Positions 48,245 to 59,024 of a DNA stretch of 64,000 bases are shown one piece after another. Position 1 is the stretch's first letter. Every line of letters begins with the position of its first letter. Source of the DNA: an uncultured delta proteobacterium (GTDB taxonomy: Bacteria > Bdellovibrionota > FAC87 > UBA2466). The stretch covers positions 1,408,001 through 1,472,000 of the forward strand of contig CAVZSV010000004.1 in assembly GCA_963778115.1 (NCBI GenBank), read 5' to 3'. The notes under the pieces are model-generated. The model was not told where the DNA came from. It was given only the letters and a program-made list of their open reading frames with translations, and searched no databases. The translations under genes were made by a program, and so were the position numbers.

Positions 48245-49678
48245 ATGCATCCAAAACCTAACCCAAAAAAACGCAACGAAGCCATCCCAGCGAAAAGTCG
48301 CAAGGCATTAACTCTTGTCCAATCAAGTCCCAATACCAACCCTCGCCGGGTTCAACTTCTTACTCTGTTTTTGGTGCTAAGCGCATTCATGCACTTTGTG
48401 TCCCTCTCTTATCCCTCGGGGAATGTATTTGATGAAGTCTATTATGGGAGAGCGATTCGAAGCTTCCACGACAGACAGACCTGCTTCACGGGTCATCCGC
48501 CCCATTCTTTGTTGGTGATGACTGCCATCTCGAGTTTGGCCGGCTATCACGGGGGAGGCCATTTTGAAAAGATAGGGCTGACCAACGATCCTAAGATGTA
48601 TTGGCAAATGCGACTTGGCCCAGCCCTGATCGGGACTCTGTTACCGGTCCTGTTTTTTCTTTTTATCGAAGCTCTCGGTGGCTCGCTAGCAGCGGCAACA
48701 CTCGGGGCAGCAGCCGTCCTATTCGATAACGCCATCCTCACTCAGACTAGAACCATTGCTCAAGATGGATTTCTTCTCTTTTGGATGTTTAGTGCTCTTC
48801 TCGTCACACTGTATGCCGCAAAGACCCGGTCCCTTTCCAAGTATGGCGGTAAATTAGTGTTTGCGGGAGCCCTGGCGGGCATGGCAAGCGGCACGAAATT
48901 TACAGGAATCACAGCACCGGTGATGGTGATACTGATTATCGCCATGGGATACGGTTCGGAAGGTGCTTCTAAAAGCCTCTCCACAAAAATGCTGGGTATC
49001 GTCTCTTTCCTTTCTGGGTTCGCTCTCGCCTACTTTGCCGGCTTTTGGGTTTATTTTTCCATGCTCTCCGGATCGGCCGATTCGGTTCCTTTCTTCGTTC
49101 GGACGGGCCACTTCTTTGCAGATACGATCTCATACCAGCGCGCTGCTTTTGGGGTTCATGAAAACACGACACAAAATCATCCCTATGGAAGTTCGTGGTG
49201 GAGCTGGCCTTTGCTTCGACGCCCCATCTATTTGTGGACTAATCTGAAGGCACAACTCTACTTACTGGGAAATCCTGTCTTGTGGTGGGGTTCGTCGGCT
49301 CTAGTGGCTCTTATCGCTTCGGTCACCCTCCTCTCCGTCAACGGAACGTCGCGTTTTGCCCTCTCCCGAGAGCGCTGGAGGAAACTTGTAATTCCCGCTA
49401 TTGGATTTTTCATCGCCTATTTGCCTCACGTCATGATCCGGCGAGTGATGTTTCTCTATCATTACCTCCCTTCGCTAGGGTTCGTAATCGCCTTTTGCTC
49501 CTTATGGCTCGATGATTCAGGCTGGATTTCGAAGGGCGACTTGCGAGAGCAGAAAAAGAGTTACTATTTCGTTCTATTTCTCTTCTTCGGGGGTTTTGCC
49601 TTATTTTCTCCCATCACTTTGGGTTACGCAGCCCCTCAAAGCTACTATAATTTCGTCTTTAGTATATTTCCACGATAG
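48245..49678 (+). CDS. Protein O-mannosyltransferase (PMT/GT39 family)
   Basis: VFDEVYY, HPP, TKFTG, HPYGSSWWSWP, GNPVLWW, RVMFLYHYLP. Confidence 0.85.
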   Translation: MHPKPNPKKRNEAIPAKSRKALTLVQSSPNTNPRRVQLLTLFLVLSAFMHFVSLSYPSGNVFDEVYYGRAIRSFHDRQTCFTGHPPHSLLVMTAISSLAGYHGGGHFEKIGLTNDPKMYWQMRLGPALIGTLLPVLFFLFIEALGGSLAAATLGAAAVLFDNAILTQTRTIAQDGFLLFWMFSALLVTLYAAKTRSLSKYGGKLVFAGALAGMASGTKFTGITAPVMVILIIAMGYGSEGASKSLSTKMLGIVSFLSGFALAYFAGFWVYFSMLSGSADSVPFFVRTGHFFADTISYQRAAFGVHENTTQNHPYGSSWWSWPLLRRPIYLWTNLKAQLYLLGNPVLWWGSSALVALIASVTLLSVNGTSRFALSRERWRKLVIPAIGFFIAYLPHVMIRRVMFLYHYLPSLGFVIAFCSLWLDDSGWISKGDLREQKKSYYFVLFLFFGGFALFSPITLGYAAPQSYYNFVFSIFPR

Positions 49679-49751
49679 CCATCACATTGGGTTCACAATC
49701 GCTTCATAATTGAGCGCATCCTTTCGCGAAATTCTCCCATAGGCATCAGGC

Positions 49752-50705
49752 ATGATGATATTTATCTGGGGGTTGTATTTCGTGCGTGCTCTTTTTCTTA
49801 ACGGTCTGGGCATCGGGCTTTTCAGCCTTCTTATGACGGCGCTATCCGCTTGCGCCAATAGCACGTCGACCGCTACTCTCGCCGCCCCCAGTACCGAATC
49901 GGTTCAACAAACCAGCTCATTTCCCGCCGTGGTGGAAGTCATCCTGCCCGGAGGCTTTGGACTTTGCACCGGTACTTTTATCTCCCCCAGTACGGTCTTG
50001 ACCGCTGCTCATTGCTCGCTTTCTTCCGGTACGTATACGGTTAACTCTTCTTTTGGAGTCTTTTACACGTCAACGGTCGTAACCTATGGTCCCGGGACCG
50101 TCGGAGATCCCAATGACATCGCTATTCTCCAATTCGACGAAAACGCCGCGGATCCGTCACAGGGGCAAGTGCTTGCTTTAGGAACTATGGCTCCCTCAGT
50201 CGGCCAACAGATTCAGGTCGTGGGGTTTGGATGCGACAATCTAGATACCCAGCAAGGGGTGGGAGAAAAAAGAACCGGAACTAATGTCATTATGAGCATC
50301 GACAATTTCTTGGAGCTGTTGACCACTCCCACGGCAGCGCTATTACAAAGCCACCTTGCCGCTAAAGATATTTTAGGTCCTGAGAATCAAGCAGGATCGT
50401 GCTTTGGGGATTCCGGCGGTCCGATGTTACTGACGCAGGGAAATTCGACGAGAGTAGTAGGAGCCACTCACGCGGGCGGATGGAACAATATGATGATCCA
50501 ATCTGAGTATATCAATCTGGGTAGAAACGATAACCAAGCCTTCCTTCGCGAAATCGATGGGCGATATGATTTGCATCTCTTTAATGGATGCTGGACCTCC
50601 GACGATCCCGAAGCCTGTGGTCCTTCTTCGGCAAGCTTTCACTTGTCGAGCGTCTTGCATCGTCTATGGCTCGGAATCTGCCGCCTTATAACCTATCTAT
50701 TTTAG
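49752..50705 (+). CDS. S1 trypsin-fold serine protease lipoprotein
   Basis: Lipobox LSAC; CTGTFI, LTAAHC, DIAIL, GDSGGP. Confidence 0.88.
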   Translation: MMIFIWGLYFVRALFLNGLGIGLFSLLMTALSACANSTSTATLAAPSTESVQQTSSFPAVVEVILPGGFGLCTGTFISPSTVLTAAHCSLSSGTYTVNSSFGVFYTSTVVTYGPGTVGDPNDIAILQFDENAADPSQGQVLALGTMAPSVGQQIQVVGFGCDNLDTQQGVGEKRTGTNVIMSIDNFLELLTTPTAALLQSHLAAKDILGPENQAGSCFGDSGGPMLLTQGNSTRVVGATHAGGWNNMMIQSEYINLGRNDNQAFLREIDGRYDLHLFNGCWTSDDPEACGPSSASFHLSSVLHRLWLGICRLITYLF

Positions 50706-50712
50706 AATATAA

Positions 50713-51687
50713 TTAAGGGCTCATCGGAGCAGTGATGCTCAATCCCGTGGTCGGACCAACTAGACTAGAGCCTTGTGCAGAAGTCGTCGTTAGCGCTTGC
50801 GCCGCTATTGCGGGAGAAAGCGTCGAAGAACCTGATACGACGGTACCCACGGGATAAGAAGTTCCCGAGTAAGTCGTAGGATAAGAGGTTCCAGAATAGG
50901 TTGTGGGATAGGAAGTTCCCGCATAACCTGTGGGGTATCCCGCACTGATCGCCGAACCGCCACTTAAAGAACTCACTCCCGTGCCGCCTACGCCTGGATA
51001 TCCGTAACCGTAACCCGTAGCAGAACCCGCAATGGCGCCATAGCTACCTGATTGTGCCCAAAGATCGTTAGGCGCTCCCGTGACTCCGGCATAGCCGGGA
51101 TAAGACGAACCGGTATAGCCGGGATAAGAAGAAGCTCCATAACCAGGATAAGCGGATCCACCGCTAAGTCCCGAAGACGCAAAAGATCCGCTATTAGCCT
51201 GAAGCTGTTGTACATAGGGATACATCTGAGCCAACTGCGCTTGAATCGAGCTTGCTTGATTGCTCAATTGTTGGATCGCTTGGAAACCCTCGGGCGACGG
51301 ATTGGAAGAGTTTTGCATTTCAGCCTCTTGAAGTTGGGGCTGAATTTGGGCCAGCTCTGCCTGTAATTGGTAGTATTGGCCTATTACGCCACCAGCTAAA
51401 TTTGCGGAGCCGATTTGTGTGCTGCCAGAGATAAGATAGTCACTGTTGTAAGCATTTAACGCTGAAGCGTTGGAGCCATAATTGGTTGGATTGTTCGCGT
51501 ACCAGCTGTTGCCGTTACTGTTCCAAGTGTTATTCCAACTGCCACCGTTGTTGTTATTCCAATTATTATTATTATTGCTGTTCCAATTGTTGTTCCCGTT
51601 ATTATTGTTCCAGTTATTGTGATCCGCTTGAGCGGTATTGGTTATCAGGAACAATCCGGCGAAGATGATGGCAATTGTGCGTTTCAT
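50713..51687 (-). CDS. Secreted low-complexity N/G/S/Y-rich protein
   Basis: Signal peptide MKRTIAIIFAGLFLITNTAQA; NNWNNNN repeats, Q-rich helix, SYPGY/YPTTYSGTS repeats. Confidence 0.75.
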   Translation of the reverse strand: MKRTIAIIFAGLFLITNTAQADHNNWNNNNGNNNWNSNNNNNWNNNNGGSWNNTWNSNGNSWYANNPTNYGSNASALNAYNSDYLISGSTQIGSANLAGGVIGQYYQLQAELAQIQPQLQEAEMQNSSNPSPEGFQAIQQLSNQASSIQAQLAQMYPYVQQLQANSGSFASSGLSGGSAYPGYGASSYPGYTGSSYPGYAGVTGAPNDLWAQSGSYGAIAGSATGYGYGYPGVGGTGVSSLSGGSAISAGYPTGYAGTSYPTTYSGTSYPTTYSGTSYPVGTVVSGSSTLSPAIAAQALTTTSAQGSSLVGPTTGLSITAPMSP

Positions 51688-51733
51688 TTGTCTCAACCTC
51701 ATGGCGTAAGTGAATTCGTTCAGTATTCACTGG

Positions 51734-51749
51734 TGCAAGGTACGTGCCC
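51734..51749 (-). promoter_or_regulatory. sigma54 -24/-12 promoter motif
   Basis: Minus strand GGGCACGTACCTTGCA. Confidence 0.7.
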
Positions 51750-52057
51750 GCCTCCCTAGGCTGCCCTTTTCACTACTAATCAGGGGAAATTCGCGGCAAA
51801 AACTGAGCTAAAGGATAGAAACTTCAATCATTCAAAGTAGAAACCTTTGAAAAGGCGTGTCTAGAAAAGCTATACGTGAAGTATACACATTTACACATAT
51901 AATTTCAGATAGTTACCTCTATGGGACACGCTCTGAATACACCTTAGTCGAATCAGGAGTGAGTCCGAAGAACCGGATTGTGAACGGGGCGAACTTACTG
52001 ATTGTGGTTTTTTACGAAACTCCCTATTTTAGGGCGCGGGCCGACGGGGGTATGTGC

Positions 52058-53365
52058 ATGAAGGCTAAGAATTTGTTGTTAGATGTTTCCGCTCGAAAGA
52101 CGATTACCAGGTTATTGGCACTGCCACTAGGGATCTCGATCTTGTGGCCCCTCACGGCAACGGCTGTCACTCTTTCTCTCTCCGATGCCATATCGCAGGC
52201 TCAGGAGAAAAGCCCCGACGTCGGTGCGCTTAGACATCAAGCCGATTCCGCCCGAGCGAAAGCACGGCAGGCACTTTCTCCCACGGAACCCACCTTTCAA
52301 ATTACCTACAACGATATGGAGCAGCCTACGAGCTTCACCGGACGCGCAAGTAGCGTTTACTCTCTGACTCAACCCATCGCTTTTCCCGGTAAAGCTTGGG
52401 TGACTCGTTCGGTGCAATCCAAACAGGCGCAGGCCCTTGAAGCGCAAATGAGGTCCACGGAGCTGCAAGTCTCAGCCAATGTGAAAGCCGCTTACTACCA
52501 ACTTTCGGCAGCTCGCCAAAATCTGCAGCTCGATCAGCAACAGAAGGTCTATTACGAGCGCATCTTGGCAATCGCAAAAAGGCGTTACGAGTCAGGATCG
52601 ATCACTCAAGTCGATCTTCTCAATGCACAAGTGTCGATGTTTTCGATCGAGAACGACATGAATGATATTGGCGCCACCGAGAAGTCAGCACTTGCCCAGT
52701 TGAATGTTGCTTTGAAAAATCCGACCGATACGGCAATCGAAGTAGAACCGATTAAAGTCGTGAGAAAAACCCGCCCCTCATTGGAAGAGGCGGAAAAGCG
52801 GATGCTGGAGAAACGAAATGAGATAAGAGCCGCGCGCTTTCAAGCTGACGCCGCTGATAACTCAAAGACGCTGGCCTGGATGGGACTCTTGCCCGACTTT
52901 CAGCTTACCGCGGGAACCACCTATTACAATATTCCCGTAGCCTCACCGCTGAATGGAGGCAGTGGAAACACGCATACGTACTTCGTAGGCGTCCAAATGA
53001 CGCTACCTATCTGGTTTATCTTTAACGAAAGAGAGAACATCGTCTCAGCGACTCACGATATGGCTGCCGCAGAATCCAGTTTAACGAGCGTTCTTAATCA
53101 ATCGCGAACTACACTGGTCGCCACACTTCAACAGATCGAATCCACCGAAAAAAAAATCGATAACTATGAAAAGCATCTCATCCCCTTGGCCGAACAATCG
53201 CTAAATCTGGCACTGATTAACTACAGCGCCGGAAAGGTTGATTTCCAAGCTCTATCAGAGTCCGCCACAGCGAGGCTCAATACGACGCGAGATTACTTGG
53301 CTACCTCAGTGGTTTACCTAACGAGTTATGCTACACTCAGCCAACTCTTGGGAGAGGAACTTTGA
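52058..53365 (+). CDS. TolC/CzcC family outer-membrane efflux protein
   Basis: LSLSDAI, TQPIAFPGK, RYESG, LPDF, YSAG..DF. Start refined using the GGGGG RBS. Confidence 0.85.
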   Translation: MKAKNLLLDVSARKTITRLLALPLGISILWPLTATAVTLSLSDAISQAQEKSPDVGALRHQADSARAKARQALSPTEPTFQITYNDMEQPTSFTGRASSVYSLTQPIAFPGKAWVTRSVQSKQAQALEAQMRSTELQVSANVKAAYYQLSAARQNLQLDQQQKVYYERILAIAKRRYESGSITQVDLLNAQVSMFSIENDMNDIGATEKSALAQLNVALKNPTDTAIEVEPIKVVRKTRPSLEEAEKRMLEKRNEIRAARFQADAADNSKTLAWMGLLPDFQLTAGTTYYNIPVASPLNGGSGNTHTYFVGVQMTLPIWFIFNERENIVSATHDMAAAESSLTSVLNQSRTTLVATLQQIESTEKKIDNYEKHLIPLAEQSLNLALINYSAGKVDFQALSESATARLNTTRDYLATSVVYLTSYATLSQLLGEEL

Positions 53366-54492
53366 AAATGCCTCGGCTTCGATTCCGACTCGTGCCCCCT
53401 GCCATTACGCTATCTCTGCTGTGTCTCATGGCCGGAATCTCGTGCCACCGCGCACCGTCCACTATTGAAGAGGCTCCCGTAACTTTAATCGGACCTGGAA
53501 AGCTCCGAGTTTCCCCCGAGGCGAGGGCTAATCTGAAGTTCGAAGTCGCGAAAGTGATCGATTTCCCCGATATTCTAAGTTTGATGGGAAAGATTAGCGC
53601 TACCGAAGACCGTACTACCGTAGTCCCCGCTCGAGTTAGTGGTCGAATTGAAACCGTGATGATTACCTCGGGAGAAATAGTCAAAACCGGACAACCTCTA
53701 GCCACTCTTTTCAGTCCCGATTTTATTTCAGCACGTGAAGAGTATTTGCAGTCCATCAAGCAAGCTGCCACCCCTAACTCCGATCTCGGAAATCTTTCGT
53801 CTCTCGCCAAGAAACGTTTAGAAGTGATGGGACTGAGTGCTAAGGATATTGAGGCACTTAATCATGCCGATACTGCATCGGCCGAGACCCTAAATACCAC
53901 ACAAGCCAGTCTAATCGTACGCGCCCCCCGCTCAGGCGCCATCATCTTGAAGAATGCCACCGTGGGCAGCCAAGTAAATGCGGGGGACACCTTGTTCACC
54001 ATCGCCGATCTCAGCAAAGTTTGGTTCTTGGGAGACCTTTATCCCGAAGATCTCGACAAGGTGAAGCGGGACCAGGAGATCTTTATTGATGCAGTTCCTG
54101 GAACCCCGGCCCTTCATGGAAAGGTGTCGTTTATTAGCCCTATGATTGATCCCACGGCACGAACGATTAAAATCCGCGCGTTAATGGAAAATCCGAATAT
54201 GGGGCTGCGCGCCGATATGTATGTTCAGGGCAAGTTGATCTTGTCGTCCAAGAAAGCGCTTGTCGTGCCCTCCCGAGCCGTTTTACGGGAACGCGATTCC
54301 GATTTTGTTTTCGTTCGAGTGGGCAAAACAGCACTTCCGACGGAGCCCTGTGAAATAGCCCGAATGAAGGTAAAAGTGGGCAATGAGGGCGACGGCTACA
54401 CTTCGATCCTGGAAGGTATTTCTGACGGCGATGAAGTGGTATCGGAGGGGTCCTTACTTCTTAGCGCCGTCTTAGCGAACTCGGCTTCATAG
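53362..54492 (+). CDS. RND efflux periplasmic adaptor (CzcB/CusB-like)
   Basis: ARVSGRI, VRAPRSG, LFTIADLSKVW, DPTARTIKIR, LRADMYV. Confidence 0.9.
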   Translation: MKMPRLRFRLVPPAITLSLLCLMAGISCHRAPSTIEEAPVTLIGPGKLRVSPEARANLKFEVAKVIDFPDILSLMGKISATEDRTTVVPARVSGRIETVMITSGEIVKTGQPLATLFSPDFISAREEYLQSIKQAATPNSDLGNLSSLAKKRLEVMGLSAKDIEALNHADTASAETLNTTQASLIVRAPRSGAIILKNATVGSQVNAGDTLFTIADLSKVWFLGDLYPEDLDKVKRDQEIFIDAVPGTPALHGKVSFISPMIDPTARTIKIRALMENPNMGLRADMYVQGKLILSSKKALVVPSRAVLRERDSDFVFVRVGKTALPTEPCEIARMKVKVGNEGDGYTSILEGISDGDEVVSEGSLLLSAVLANSAS

Positions 54493-54504
54493 GTAATATA
54501 GTCA

Positions 54505-57500
54505 ATGATAGGTAAGATTGTCCGTCTCTCTTTAACCAATCGATTGCTCATCCTCTCTTTAGTCTTAGTTTTAGTCATCGTCGGATCTATTTCATTTAAG
54601 AATTTGCCTATCGAAGCCTATCCGGACATCGCCGATACGATGGTTCAAATCATTAATCAGTGGCCCGGGCATGCGGCCGAAGAGGTGGAACGGCAAATCA
54701 CCGTTCCCGTTGAGATCGCGATGAATGGCGTTAGCCATCATACCCACCTACGATCGGTCTCTCTCTTCGGCTTATCGGTGGTCACACTCCTGTTTGACGA
54801 AAAGACCCCGCCTTTTACCGCAAGACAGTACGTCGAAGAAAATTTATCTCAAATTGCTCTTCCGCCTGGGGTCCAGGCCTCGCTCGCCCCCATGTCTAGC
54901 CCAGTCGGACAAATCTATTGGTATGTTCTAGATTCCAAAACTCGAACTCCGATGGAACTTAAAGAGATAGAGGACTGGGATCTTGAAAAACGTTGGCGCG
55001 AAGTTCCCGGTGTCGCCGACGTCTCTAGCTTTGGAGGGGCGGTAAAGCAGTATCAGGCGCTTCTCAGCCCTCTGGCTCTGGCCAATTATGGTCTTTCCAC
55101 GGCAAATGTCGTTCAAGCGCTGACAAGCAACAATCAAAACTCCGGCGGCGGATTTATCGCACACGGAGACCAGACCTTTAACGTCCGAGGAGTCGGCAAA
55201 GCTGATACCACTGAAGACCTTGAAAATGTCATTATTACCCAAAAATCGGGCACCCCCATTCGAGTGAAAAATGTCGGACGCGTAGTGATAGGAGAACAAA
55301 CCAGACTAGGTCGCATCTCAATGTCAGAGCATCTTGCGGACGGAACGGTTGAAAACCGAGATGACGTCGTAGAGGGAATCGTCTTAGCAAGAACAGGAGA
55401 GCCGGACGAGACCGTTCTCGAAGGAATTCATAAGAAGTTTACCGAAATCAATGAAAAATATCTCCCCCGTGATGTGAAAATTAAGCCGTATTTAGATCGA
55501 TCGGACTTAATCCATCTCACTACCCACACGGTAGAAGAAAATATGGTCATGGGGATGTTTCTGGTCCTGGTAGTACTGCTTTTCTTTTTGGGGAATCTGC
55601 GAAGTGCATTGATCGTAGCGATTACCATTCCGTTAGCGCTTTTGTTTGCTTCCATTCTTTTGGATATTCGTAAAATTCCGGCCAATCTCCTGTCTCTGGG
55701 TGCCTTAGATTTCGGAATGATTGTGGATGGGGCCGTTGTCATGGTGGAAAATATTTTTCGCCACAAGGAAAAAGAAGAAAAACGCGAAGGCCCCCAAGAA
55801 AACATGTTCGAACTTATTATCGCAGCGGCCAAGGAAGTGGAACGACCTATCGTTTACGCCATAGCTATTATCATTTTGGCCTATCTTCCGATCTTCACTC
55901 TTCAACGCATCGAAGGGCGCCTCTTTTCTCCGATGGCGTGGACCGTAGCTTTCGCTTTGCTAGGCGCTCTGGTTCTGGTGTTAACCGTAGTTCCTGTCCT
56001 TTGCTACTATTTGCTCAGCGGGAAATTAAAGCTGTGGCACAATCCGATCGTCGTATGGCTTGAGACTAACTATCGTAAAGCACTCACCTGGACTTTAGAT
56101 CGGCGCCCTCTTGTCATTGGTACCGCACTTGGCTGTTTTGCGCTGACCCTTTTTCTAGCCTTCGGAGGGCCTATCGGATCAGAATTTCTTCCTCACCTCG
56201 ACGAGGGGACGATTTGGCTGCGCGGAACTTTGCCTTCCAGTTCGTCATATGAAATGGCGAACTCTATAGTGAAAAAGGCTCGATCCGTTTTGATGCAATA
56301 TCCTGAAGTTCCTATCACCGTTTGCCAAGTGGGGCGCCCCGACGACGGAACCGATGCCACCGGCTTTTTTAATACGGAATGTTTTGTGGACCTGAAACCC
56401 AGAAGTACTTGGCGAAAACACTTTAAGACTAAAGAGCAGTTGATTGATTCGATGAGCGCGGAACTCTCCAAAGTACCCGGTGTCATTTGGAATTTCTCTC
56501 AGCCGATTTCGGACAACGTCGAAGAGATGATGTCTGGAGTGAAAGGGGAGCTCGTGGTTAAAGTGTACGGCGAGGATCTAAAGACGCTAGCGTCTTTGGG
56601 CGAACAGATCAAGAACACGATCTCCGGAGTAAGAGGGATTGAGGACCTAGGCGTTTTTGAAGAGTTGGGGCAGCCCAACATGAATATCACTATCAATCGA
56701 GATGAGATCTCGCGCTATGGGCTAAACATATCGGATGTTCAGGATGTCATTGAAACTGCCGTCGGAGGAAAAGTCGCTTCTCAAATCGTAAGTGGAGAAA
56801 AGCGTTTTGATGTTGTCGTAAGGTATCAACCTCAATACCGCGATACCATCGAACATATCCGGAGAATTCTGGTCCCCACTCCTGACGGCTATCGGGTCCC
56901 TCTGGATGAAATCGCCTCGATCAGCGTTGATGACGGAGCCTCCATGATCTATAGAGAAGCCAACTCTCGATTTCTTGCCGTTAAATTTAGCGTTAGAGGT
57001 AGGGATCTCGGAGGGACGATTGATGAGGCTCAGAAAAAGGTCAAACGCTCTATTTTACTACCCGCTGGTTATTCTATCGATTGGAGCGGAGAGTTCGAAA
57101 GCCAGAGACGTGCCGAGGCGAGGCTTGCGGTTATTGTACCAATGACCGTACTAGCCATCTTTTTCGTTCTTTATTTCGTCTTTCACTCGTTGAAATGGTC
57201 TTTAGTAGTAATGGCAGATGTAATGACCGCACGGATGGGCGGGGTACTAGCACTCTTTCTTACCGGAAACAATTTTAGCGTCTCCTCGGGAATCGGCTTT
57301 CTAGCGGTGTTTGGCGTTTCGATTCAGACGGGAATGTTATTGGTTTCCTATATCAATCAAATGCGCGCCAAAGGCCACAGCGTGAGGGACGCGGTCATCG
57401 AAGGGTCTTGCCTAAGATTGCGCCCCATTATGATGACAGCCCTAGTCGCAACTTTTGGACTATTACCGGCAGCTCTTTCCCACGCCATCGGTTCGGACTC

Positions 57501-57663
57501 TCAGCGTCCGATGGCGATTGTCATTGTGGGCGGTCTGCTCACTGATCTAGTGATGGCATTTTTTCTGATCCCGACACTTTATACTTGGGTAGCGAAACCT
57601 ACCGATCATCTTGGTGTGGAGGCCGAGACACAGCACTTGAGTGTGAGCAATCTTGGTGCTTGA
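54505..57663 (+). CDS. czcA: Heavy-metal efflux RND permease, CusA/CzcA family
   Basis: LPIEAYPDI, AEEVERQIT, NLLSLGALDFG.IVDG, EGRLFSPMA, RLRPIMMTA. Confidence 0.9.
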   Translation: MIGKIVRLSLTNRLLILSLVLVLVIVGSISFKNLPIEAYPDIADTMVQIINQWPGHAAEEVERQITVPVEIAMNGVSHHTHLRSVSLFGLSVVTLLFDEKTPPFTARQYVEENLSQIALPPGVQASLAPMSSPVGQIYWYVLDSKTRTPMELKEIEDWDLEKRWREVPGVADVSSFGGAVKQYQALLSPLALANYGLSTANVVQALTSNNQNSGGGFIAHGDQTFNVRGVGKADTTEDLENVIITQKSGTPIRVKNVGRVVIGEQTRLGRISMSEHLADGTVENRDDVVEGIVLARTGEPDETVLEGIHKKFTEINEKYLPRDVKIKPYLDRSDLIHLTTHTVEENMVMGMFLVLVVLLFFLGNLRSALIVAITIPLALLFASILLDIRKIPANLLSLGALDFGMIVDGAVVMVENIFRHKEKEEKREGPQENMFELIIAAAKEVERPIVYAIAIIILAYLPIFTLQRIEGRLFSPMAWTVAFALLGALVLVLTVVPVLCYYLLSGKLKLWHNPIVVWLETNYRKALTWTLDRRPLVIGTALGCFALTLFLAFGGPIGSEFLPHLDEGTIWLRGTLPSSSSYEMANSIVKKARSVLMQYPEVPITVCQVGRPDDGTDATGFFNTECFVDLKPRSTWRKHFKTKEQLIDSMSAELSKVPGVIWNFSQPISDNVEEMMSGVKGELVVKVYGEDLKTLASLGEQIKNTISGVRGIEDLGVFEELGQPNMNITINRDEISRYGLNISDVQDVIETAVGGKVASQIVSGEKRFDVVVRYQPQYRDTIEHIRRILVPTPDGYRVPLDEIASISVDDGASMIYREANSRFLAVKFSVRGRDLGGTIDEAQKKVKRSILLPAGYSIDWSGEFESQRRAEARLAVIVPMTVLAIFFVLYFVFHSLKWSLVVMADVMTARMGGVLALFLTGNNFSVSSGIGFLAVFGVSIQTGMLLVSYINQMRAKGHSVRDAVIEGSCLRLRPIMMTALVATFGLLPAALSHAIGSDSQRPMAIVIVGGLLTDLVMAFFLIPTLYTWVAKPTDHLGVEAETQHLSVSNLGA

Positions 57664-57675
57664 GGATGATTCCTA

Positions 57676-58986
57676 TTAAGGCTTCGAAGGCAGCAAACTC
57701 ACCGCAGCTTCGGACATCGCCGCAATCCCATATCTAATGGTCTCTTCAGCGTCAGGAAAATAATATGCGGAATGCAGAGAAGGAATATTCTTGGCCGACT
57801 TCATTTTTTCCAAGCGCTTACTCTTGATCGAACCCAAGTTAAACATAAAGATGGGTACTCCCTCCAGGCCGTAGCGCCCGAAATCCTCGCTTACCATATA
57901 GGGCTCGTCCAAAACCACGTTGTCTTCTCCCAGAGTTTTCTTGAGGATGGGAAGCACCCGTTCTACGAGTTTAGGATCATTATAAAGCGGGGGAACGGGA
58001 TCTTCTTCGATCGTGACCACTGGCGATGGCGCCCCGGCTCCCTGCGCGATGGCATCGGCTTTTCTCTTGATGCCATCCAATAAGTGTTTACGACTCTCGG
58101 GAGAAAAACTTCTCACCGTGAACTGCACCCGACAGGATTCCGGAATAATATTGTGTTTGGTGCCGCAGTGAAAGGAGCCCGCGGTAATGACTCCAGGATC
58201 GGCGGGATCTTTTTCTCGACTAATTAAATTTTGCACATCCAAAACGAGTTGTGCTCCCATGGTAATGGGATCGATGGCCTTATGAGGCATGGCTCCATGT
58301 CCGCCGTGCCCCACCATGACCACGTCAACACTATCAGCGCCCGCAAGCGCATATCCAGGACGGTAGCTAATCTTCCCCGTTTCCAAACCGGCATTCACAT
58401 GGAGCGCCAAAGCAACGTCTGGCTTGGGAAACTTTTTGAACAGACCGTCCCCTAAAAGCATGAGCGCTCCTTCGCCAATCTCCTCGGCGGGCTGGCCCAC
58501 CATCATTACGGTTCCCGACCACTCGCTCTTATGTTTCGCCAGATAAGTAGCCACCCCGATCCAAGTAGTCATATGAACATCATGACCACAAGCGTGCATC
58601 ACTCCGACGTCCGTTCCGTCTTTCTTCTTGGCGGTAACTTTGGAAGCATACTCAAGCCCAGTCGCTTCAATCTCGGGCAGCGCGTCGAGGTCGGTGCGAA
58701 TCATGACCCTAGGCCCTTTCCCGTTTTTCAAAATGGCAACGATTCCGGTCTTACCAAGCGGCGGAGCCACGTCATATCCTAACTCTGTCAGCACCTTAAC
58801 TAGCTTCTCTTTTGTCTTTTCTTCGTGGAGCGAGAGCTCGGGGTGAGCATGAAGATCGCGATAGAAGGGAAGTAAGGTTTGAGACTCTCTCTTCGACCAC
58901 TCCATAATTGATGTAGGTGAAGCCCCGAAAGCCGTTACCGCGAATACGGATACCATAATAGAAACGCTAACCCTGAATTTCATCAT
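57676..58986 (-). CDS. Exported M20D amidohydrolase
   Basis: LHAHPELS, RTDLDALP, MHACGHD, QPAEE, GGHGAMPH, SEDF, LHS. Confidence 0.9.
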   Translation of the reverse strand: MMKFRVSVSIMVSVFAVTAFGASPTSIMEWSKRESQTLLPFYRDLHAHPELSLHEEKTKEKLVKVLTELGYDVAPPLGKTGIVAILKNGKGPRVMIRTDLDALPEIEATGLEYASKVTAKKKDGTDVGVMHACGHDVHMTTWIGVATYLAKHKSEWSGTVMMVGQPAEEIGEGALMLLGDGLFKKFPKPDVALALHVNAGLETGKISYRPGYALAGADSVDVVMVGHGGHGAMPHKAIDPITMGAQLVLDVQNLISREKDPADPGVITAGSFHCGTKHNIIPESCRVQFTVRSFSPESRKHLLDGIKRKADAIAQGAGAPSPVVTIEEDPVPPLYNDPKLVERVLPILKKTLGEDNVVLDEPYMVSEDFGRYGLEGVPIFMFNLGSIKSKRLEKMKSAKNIPSLHSAYYFPDAEETIRYGIAAMSEAAVSLLPSKP

Positions 58987-59024
58987 TCATGGCTAGCATT
59001 TTCCTTCGAATTGTCCAGAATTCT

